A stretch of DNA of 32,000 bases from Clostridium culturomicium (GTDB taxonomy: Bacteria > Bacillota > Clostridia > Clostridiales > Clostridiaceae). Location of the stretch: contig NZ_CCXK01000015.1 of NCBI RefSeq assembly GCF_000821305.1, forward strand, positions 463,312-495,311. Reading direction: 5' to 3'. The notes beneath the pieces were generated by a model, which was not told the DNA's origin, did not search any database, and was given only the letters and a program-made list of their open reading frames with translations. The position numbers were made by a program, and so were the translations under genes. The number at the start of each line of letters is the position of its first letter. Within the stretch, counting starts at the first letter, position 1. Positions 26,826 through 32,000 of this stretch are shown here, piece after piece.

Positions 26826-28302
26826 AATCTATTTTTGCTAATTCATATAAAAGTCTTGAACCGATACCCGTTGCACCTTTTGTAAAATATTCTTTATTAG
26901 GAGTTCCCTCTGAAAAAGCAGTTGCTGCAATATCAAGATGAACCCATGGCTTTTCTTCCACAAACTCTCCAACAAATAGTCCAGCAGTTATTGCTCCACC
27001 ACCAACAGGTGCAGTAATATTAGCTAAATCAGCATTATTTCCCTTTAGCAAGGCTTTATACTCATCAAAAGCTGGGAATCTCCATACCTTCTCGTCACAT
27101 TTTTTAGAAGCTGCCTCCAGTTTACTGTAAAGCTCATCATTATTCGAAACAACTCCAGTTACTACATTACCTAAAGCTCCACCTACAGCTCCTGTGAGTG
27201 TTGCTATATCAATAATTTTAGATGCGCCCTCTCTTCTGATGATATAGGTTACTGCATCAGCTAGAGTTAATCTTCCTTCAGCATCTGTATTAAGAATCTC
27301 TATTGTCTTGCCATTCATAGTGTTTATAATATCACCTGGTCTATATGCTGTTCCTGAAATTAAATTTTCGCAGGCTGCGACCACTGCAACAACATTTTTC
27401 TTTATCTTCATTTTAGCAATGGAGGACATAGCTCCAATTACAGCTCCGGCACCACCCATATCAGTTTTCATCTGCCACACTGTAGGTGCAGTTTTAAGGC
27501 AATATCCACCAGCATCAAAAGTTAACCCCTTTCCTACAAACCCTAATATGTTATTTTTATCTTCTGGATTTCCCATATACCTCATAACTATTAGCTTAGG
27601 CTCATTAGCAGAGCCTTTACCTACAGAAATAAAAGCCTCCATCTCTAAGTTTTCTATTTCTTTTCTATCAAAGATTTCTACTTCAAATCCACAATTTTTT
27701 CCTACTGTTACTGTTCTTTCTGCAAGCTCTGCTGGAGTTAAAATATTAGCTGGCTCATTAACTAGCTCTCTCGCTAACAAGTTTCCTTCTGCAATAGCAT
27801 GTCCTTCCTTAACATTGTCCATTAATACATTTATATCCGCTTCATTATTTACTACAAGAGTTACTTCCTTCAACACTTCTGATACTTTTTCACTCTTATA
27901 TTTATCAAATCTATAAGCAGACATTAATATAGCTTCAGTCATTGCCTTTATTAATTCAGGAGTATTACTAGTAAATTGATCTATATACATGGCTACATTT
28001 GTAATTTTTTGTGCTGTTATTTCCTTCATAACCTTAGCACTCACATTTCTTATTAAATCTATACTGAGATGTTTATATTCCCCTAATCCAATAAGAATAC
28101 TTTTTACAACACGATTATTTTCTACATTAGTCAATGTATATATTTCATTCTTTTTTCCACTAAAATGCTTTTCTTCCTTAAGGCACCTTAAAATCTCTTT
28201 TAAACCATCGCAAGACGTAGTTTCCGTATCTTCAAACACCATAACTACTTTCGAAATATTTGCACCTTCTACGTCTTTATACCTTTGTAATTTTATTTTC
28301 AT
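26824..28302 (-). CDS. pepA: Leucyl aminopeptidase (M17 family)
   Basis: 492 aa. VGKGLTFDAGGY, the NTDAEGRL metal-binding signature and DIATLTGA. Confidence 0.93.
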   Translation of the reverse strand: MKIKLQRYKDVEGANISKVVMVFEDTETTSCDGLKEILRCLKEEKHFSGKKNEIYTLTNVENNRVVKSILIGLGEYKHLSIDLIRNVSAKVMKEITAQKITNVAMYIDQFTSNTPELIKAMTEAILMSAYRFDKYKSEKVSEVLKEVTLVVNNEADINVLMDNVKEGHAIAEGNLLARELVNEPANILTPAELAERTVTVGKNCGFEVEIFDRKEIENLEMEAFISVGKGSANEPKLIVMRYMGNPEDKNNILGFVGKGLTFDAGGYCLKTAPTVWQMKTDMGGAGAVIGAMSSIAKMKIKKNVVAVVAACENLISGTAYRPGDIINTMNGKTIEILNTDAEGRLTLADAVTYIIRREGASKIIDIATLTGAVGGALGNVVTGVVSNNDELYSKLEAASKKCDEKVWRFPAFDEYKALLKGNNADLANITAPVGGGAITAGLFVGEFVEEKPWVHLDIAATAFSEGTPNKEYFTKGATGIGSRLLYELAKID

Positions 28303-28409
28303 TTCGATACACCACCTAGAATTAAATTTTCCCTCTATAATCTTTTCTAGGCTTTCATCTAAATTCCTTTAAATTAAATATAAACGTATATAAATTTAAC
28401 TTAAAAATG

Positions 28410-29267
28410 TTAATCATGTTGTGGCTCTGTGAACCCTCGTCCCATTACCTCTCTCACATCAGTAACTGTTATAAAAGCCTTATCATCTACTTCTCTAACC
28501 AGCTTCTGAATTTCTACTAACTCTTCAGTTGAACAAACAATAAATAGTATATCTCTTTCTCTTCCTGTATAAACACCTTTTCCGTTAAGACTTGTAATTC
28601 CTCTATTAATATGAGTCATTAATACTTCGGAAATTTCTTGTGATTTATCAGAGATGATATGAACCCCTTTAGAGTAATTAACTCCTTCAACTAAAGTATT
28701 TACAACTTTAGATACAATAAATATTGAAATTAACGCATACATGGCCTTTTCAACACCAAAAACAAAGAGTCCAATAACAATAATACAACCATCAATGCAT
28801 AATAGTATTTGATTTATAGGAACCTTTTTTAAGTAATGTTTTAATATTATTGCTAATAAATCAGTTCCCCCTGTTGATGCTGATGACCTTAAAACTAATC
28901 CAACACCTGTTCCTACAAATAATCCACCAAAAACACTTGCTATAAGTAAATCTGAATGTACTGGTGGAATAAAGCTTGTATACCAAAGAGCAACAGATAC
29001 ATATAAAGTGCCAAATATAGCCTTCTTGGCAAATTCCATTCCCTTAATCTTAATCCCAATAATAAATAACGGTAAATTAACAATTATATTTGTTAACCAA
29101 AGCGGAATGCTAAATACATAATCTAATACAATAGATAATCCTGATACCCCTCCTGTAACCAATTGCTGTGGTGAATAATACACATTAATCCCTATAGCTA
29201 ATATAGTTATTCCTAACATTATCATTGAATAATTCTTAACTTCATTCTTCCTTAGGATATTTCTCAT
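28410..29267 (-). CDS. YitT-family membrane protein (DUF2179 C-terminal domain)
   Basis: MRNILRK.. start with AAAGGAG 5 nt upstream. Multi-TM N-terminal part with GGVSGLSIVL and STGGTDLLA motifs. Soluble C-terminal domain reads ISDKSQEISEVLMTHINRGITSLNGKGVYTG. Confidence 0.85.
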   Translation of the reverse strand: MRNILRKNEVKNYSMIMLGITILAIGINVYYSPQQLVTGGVSGLSIVLDYVFSIPLWLTNIIVNLPLFIIGIKIKGMEFAKKAIFGTLYVSVALWYTSFIPPVHSDLLIASVFGGLFVGTGVGLVLRSSASTGGTDLLAIILKHYLKKVPINQILLCIDGCIIVIGLFVFGVEKAMYALISIFIVSKVVNTLVEGVNYSKGVHIISDKSQEISEVLMTHINRGITSLNGKGVYTGRERDILFIVCSTEELVEIQKLVREVDDKAFITVTDVREVMGRGFTEPQHD

Positions 29268-29491
29268 AGCTTCTCCTTTCACTACCTCAAAGTATGAACT
29301 TTGCTATATTTAAACTGTTTTTATAGCATAGATTTTAATCTAAAGTAAACACTAAATTTAATTATAATATTATGCAGAATATAATTAAAGCAAATTTATA
29401 TTGAATGTATGTATTTTTTGTTTAGTATGATAAAATTAAAATAAAACGCATTATACTTTTATACATTTTTTCCATATACAAGGAGATTATT

Positions 29492-30946
29492 ATGGATAGT
29501 TACACAATGTTTTTAAACATACTCAACTTCATTTTTATTCTTAATATTGCATTTGCTATAGTGGTAATTATATTCGAACGTAGAAATGCGAATAATACTT
29601 GGACTTGGTTAATGATAATGCTTTTTGTTCCAATCTTAGGCTTTATTTTATATCTTTTCTTTGGTCAGGATTTAAGACACAAGAAATTTTTTGTATTAAA
29701 AAAAGAAGAGGAATCCATTTTAATTAGATTTTCTGATGAACAAAAAAAGCTCATTAATGATGATACTATTATGATCCAAAACCCTATTCTAATTGAATTT
29801 CACGATGTGATTAATCTAAATTTAGCCAGTGATAACTTCGTAGTTACTAATAATAATAAAGTTGATGTTCTTAACAATGGTATAGAAAAATTTCCACTAT
29901 TAATCGACTGCATAAAAAGCGCTAAAAATTTTATTCATATACAATATTACATCTTTGAAGATGACAACTTAGGTACAGAAATTCTTAACCTTTTAGTAGA
30001 TAAGGCACTACATGGAGTTGAAGTTAAACTTTTATATGATGGTATGGGATGTCTTCATAATAAAAGACACTTTTTTGATCCCTTAAAAAAAGCCGGTAGA
30101 GAAGTGTATTGCTTTTTCCCGCCCTTTATCCCATATATTAATATTAGAATTAATTATAGAAATCACCGTAAAATATGTGTTATAGATGGAGAGCATGGCT
30201 TTATCGGAGGGCTTAATATCGGAGATGAATATTTAGGTTTATCTAAAAAATTTGGCTTCTGGCGTGATATACATCTTCACTTACAAGGTGATTCGGTAAA
30301 CTATCTTGAGGTTCGCTTTCTTATGGACTGGCGATTTGCAAGTAATCAAGATTTCTTTATGAGTGAAAAATATTTCCCTAAAAAACAATACACAGCACAA
30401 ACTGCTGTGCAGATAATTTCTAGTGGTCCTGATTCTGATTGGTGCTCAATTAGAAATACCTACCTAAAACTTATTAATAAGGCTCAAAATAGTATTTATA
30501 TTGAAACACCTTATTTCATACCTGATGAAAGTATTCAAACAGCTCTGAAGATTGCATGTTTATCTGGTGTTGAAGTTAAAATTATAATTCCAAGCAAACC
30601 TGATCACCCCTTCATTCATTGGGCGTCTAAATCTTATATCTGGGAACTAGTTGAATGTGGTGCTCATTGCTACACTTATGATAATGGTTTTATTCATAGT
30701 AAAATGGTTTCTATTGATGGTAAAATGTGTACTGTTGGTACAGCAAATATGGATATTAGAAGTTTTAATTTAAATTTTGAAGTTAACGCTATAATATATG
30801 ATGAAACCGTAACGAGAAAAATTGACCAGGCATTTATGGAGGATATTCTTAGCAGCACACTTCTTACTCAAGAATTATATGATAAAAGGACACCTCTGGT
30901 TAGGTTTAAGGAATCTGTTTATAGATTGCTTTCACCAATACTTTAA
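29492..30946 (+). CDS. cls: Cardiolipin synthase (two HKD motifs)
   Basis: 484 aa. Two N-terminal TM helices, then HKD-1 (NHRKICVIDGEHGFIGGLNIGDEY) and HKD-2 (IHSKMVSIDGKMCTVGTANMDIRS). Confidence 0.93.
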   Translation: MDSYTMFLNILNFIFILNIAFAIVVIIFERRNANNTWTWLMIMLFVPILGFILYLFFGQDLRHKKFFVLKKEEESILIRFSDEQKKLINDDTIMIQNPILIEFHDVINLNLASDNFVVTNNNKVDVLNNGIEKFPLLIDCIKSAKNFIHIQYYIFEDDNLGTEILNLLVDKALHGVEVKLLYDGMGCLHNKRHFFDPLKKAGREVYCFFPPFIPYINIRINYRNHRKICVIDGEHGFIGGLNIGDEYLGLSKKFGFWRDIHLHLQGDSVNYLEVRFLMDWRFASNQDFFMSEKYFPKKQYTAQTAVQIISSGPDSDWCSIRNTYLKLINKAQNSIYIETPYFIPDESIQTALKIACLSGVEVKIIIPSKPDHPFIHWASKSYIWELVECGAHCYTYDNGFIHSKMVSIDGKMCTVGTANMDIRSFNLNFEVNAIIYDETVTRKIDQAFMEDILSSTLLTQELYDKRTPLVRFKESVYRLLSPIL

Positions 30947-31032
30947 TCAGTTTATCTTCATTATCCTTCCAAATATTATGATTTTATTGTAAAATAATAT
31001 TTGATATATAAAAGGTATGGAAGGTAATTAGT

Positions 31033-31599
31033 ATGAAGATAACTGGTAAAGTAATTAACTTTGATGAAGAAAAAGTTTATATTGTAACTGATACTAAAGA
31101 GTTTGTAACCTTGGAAAGAAATGAAATGGATCCTATTAAAGGAAGAGTTTATACAGGTATTGAATATATAGATAGAACAAATCAAGTCAAAATTATTTCT
31201 ATAATAATAGCTATATGTGTACTTTTAACGACAACCTTATACTTCATTTTCTTTTCTGCAACTTCAAGCTTTATTGTTACTATTGATGGTAATACTAAAG
31301 TTGGTGTGAATAATAATAAAATTATTAGTGTTACTGATGTTGGTGACATTGCGCTAACTAATGAACAGTTTACTTCAATCAAAGGAAATGAAGTGAATGA
31401 TGGTCTTATTCTCCTTTTTGATTTAGCTTATAAACAAGAAATATTACCGCCTCAAGACTTTTGGTCAATGGGTAAAATACATATTTATGTTACTAAAGAT
31501 AAAGGTGAAGAGCCTATAGACTTTACTAAATTCAAGGAATATGCCTATCAATTCAACTATGAAGTAATAGTAAACCGTAACAATAATACCTTTGATTAA
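31033..31599 (+). CDS. Membrane protein with anti-sigma-factor RsgI-like N-terminal domain
   Basis: MKITGKVINFDEEKVYIVTDTKEFVTLERNEMDPIKGRVYTG matches the RsgI_N pattern (kG.V..i....aiVlt.dGeF..i....). One TM helix follows (IISIIIAICVLLTTTLYFIFF), then a ~110-aa extracytoplasmic domain. No sigma factor gene is adjacent in the window. Confidence 0.65.
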   Translation: MKITGKVINFDEEKVYIVTDTKEFVTLERNEMDPIKGRVYTGIEYIDRTNQVKIISIIIAICVLLTTTLYFIFFSATSSFIVTIDGNTKVGVNNNKIISVTDVGDIALTNEQFTSIKGNEVNDGLILLFDLAYKQEILPPQDFWSMGKIHIYVTKDKGEEPIDFTKFKEYAYQFNYEVIVNRNNNTFD

Positions 31600-31632
31600 T
31601 AAAAAGTTGAAATTTTAGGTGGTGACAATTAT

Positions 31633-32000
31633 ATGGAAACTGAAAATCTAATTAGATTAAATAAATATATAAGCGAAAGCGGAATATGTTCTAGACGAGA
31701 AGCCGATAAATTTATTGAAGCCGGTAAAGTATCCATCAATGGAGAAAAGGCTGTTGTTGGCTCTAAAGTAAGTAATACAGATACGGTCATTGTTAATGGC
31801 ATTGCAATAAAACCTAAAATAAATAAAGTTTATATAGCTTTAAATAAACCAGTAGGCATAACCTGTACAACAGAAACTCATGTTGATGGGAATATTATAA
31901 ACTTTATGAATTACCCAGAAAGAATATTTCCTATCGGGCGATTAGATAAACCTTCTGAAGGTTTAATCTTCCTGACTAACGACGGTGATATAGTTAATAA
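31633..32000 (+). CDS. RsuA/RluF-family rRNA pseudouridine synthase (5' part, runs off the window)
   Basis: S4 domain ([31 protein letters not shown]) followed by the catalytic loop [20 protein letters not shown]. The frame is open to position 32000. Confidence 0.88.
   Translation, partial: METENLIRLNKYISESGICSRREADKFIEAGKVSINGEKAVVGSKVSNTDTVIVNGIAIKPKINKVYIALNKPVGITCTTETHVDGNIINFMNYPERIFPIGRLDKPSEGLIFLTNDGDIVN

Noticed and set aside
30976-31185. ORF 30976..31185 (-) between cls and the RsgI_N gene.
   Set aside because: It is antisense to the start of the RsgI_N-domain gene, with an extremely I/F/Y/N-rich translation and no SD.
1-32000. Search for CRISPR arrays, tRNA/rRNA genes, IS/transposase, integrase, phage, toxin-antitoxin or known defence-system genes, and for an obvious compositional island.
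   Set aside because: None seen by eye. Every sizeable ORF is either a recognisable housekeeping, envelope or sporulation gene or one of the three unknowns at 14.26-17.07 kb. Gene order matches a conserved core-genome block. A proper scan (tRNAscan-SE, Infernal/Rfam, DefenseFinder/PADLOC, ISfinder) would be needed to exclude small or divergent elements.

Overview
Low-GC chromosomal segment of Clostridium type, densely packed with conserved housekeeping genes on both strands. Recognisable content, in order: phosphohexomutase, hexapeptide acyltransferase, an [FeFe]-hydrogenase-like Fe-S protein, a CcpA-like LacI regulator, ileS with an Ile (AUC) T-box leader, an MBL-fold hydrolase, a FolT-like ECF S component, a 4xSH3b-NlpC/P60 wall hydrolase and a cold-shock protein. 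Then come a 57-aa ORF absent from the ORF track, a TPP riboswitch with thiT, and three uncharacterised envelope or sporulation-like genes. These are followed by the Bacillus-like block rsmA(ksgA)-rnmV-yabE-like-tatD-metG with a Met (AUG) T-box leader. The rest is a MATE transporter, spmA/spmB, an SspH-like SASP, a small coiled-coil ORF, an M17 leucyl aminopeptidase, a YitT-family protein, cardiolipin synthase, an RsgI_N-domain membrane protein and the 5' part of an RluF-like pseudouridine synthase. I saw no tRNA/rRNA, CRISPR array, transposase, integrase, phage gene or recognisable defence gene, and I do not find convincing evidence for a multi-gene novel system. The most unusual signal is a roughly 46-85 nt hairpin-forming module. 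It occurs as tandem units in two separate divergent promoter regions: folT/P60 at about 10.83-10.96 kb and metG-leader/MATE at about 23.19-23.31 kb. At the second locus it lies directly downstream of a near-consensus sigma-A promoter that reads into the metG T-box. Secondary candidates are the unknown genes at 14.26-17.07 kb, the variant hydrogenase-like protein and an RsgI_N protein with no sigma factor gene adjacent in this window. All functional interpretations of these are hypotheses that need database and experimental checks.
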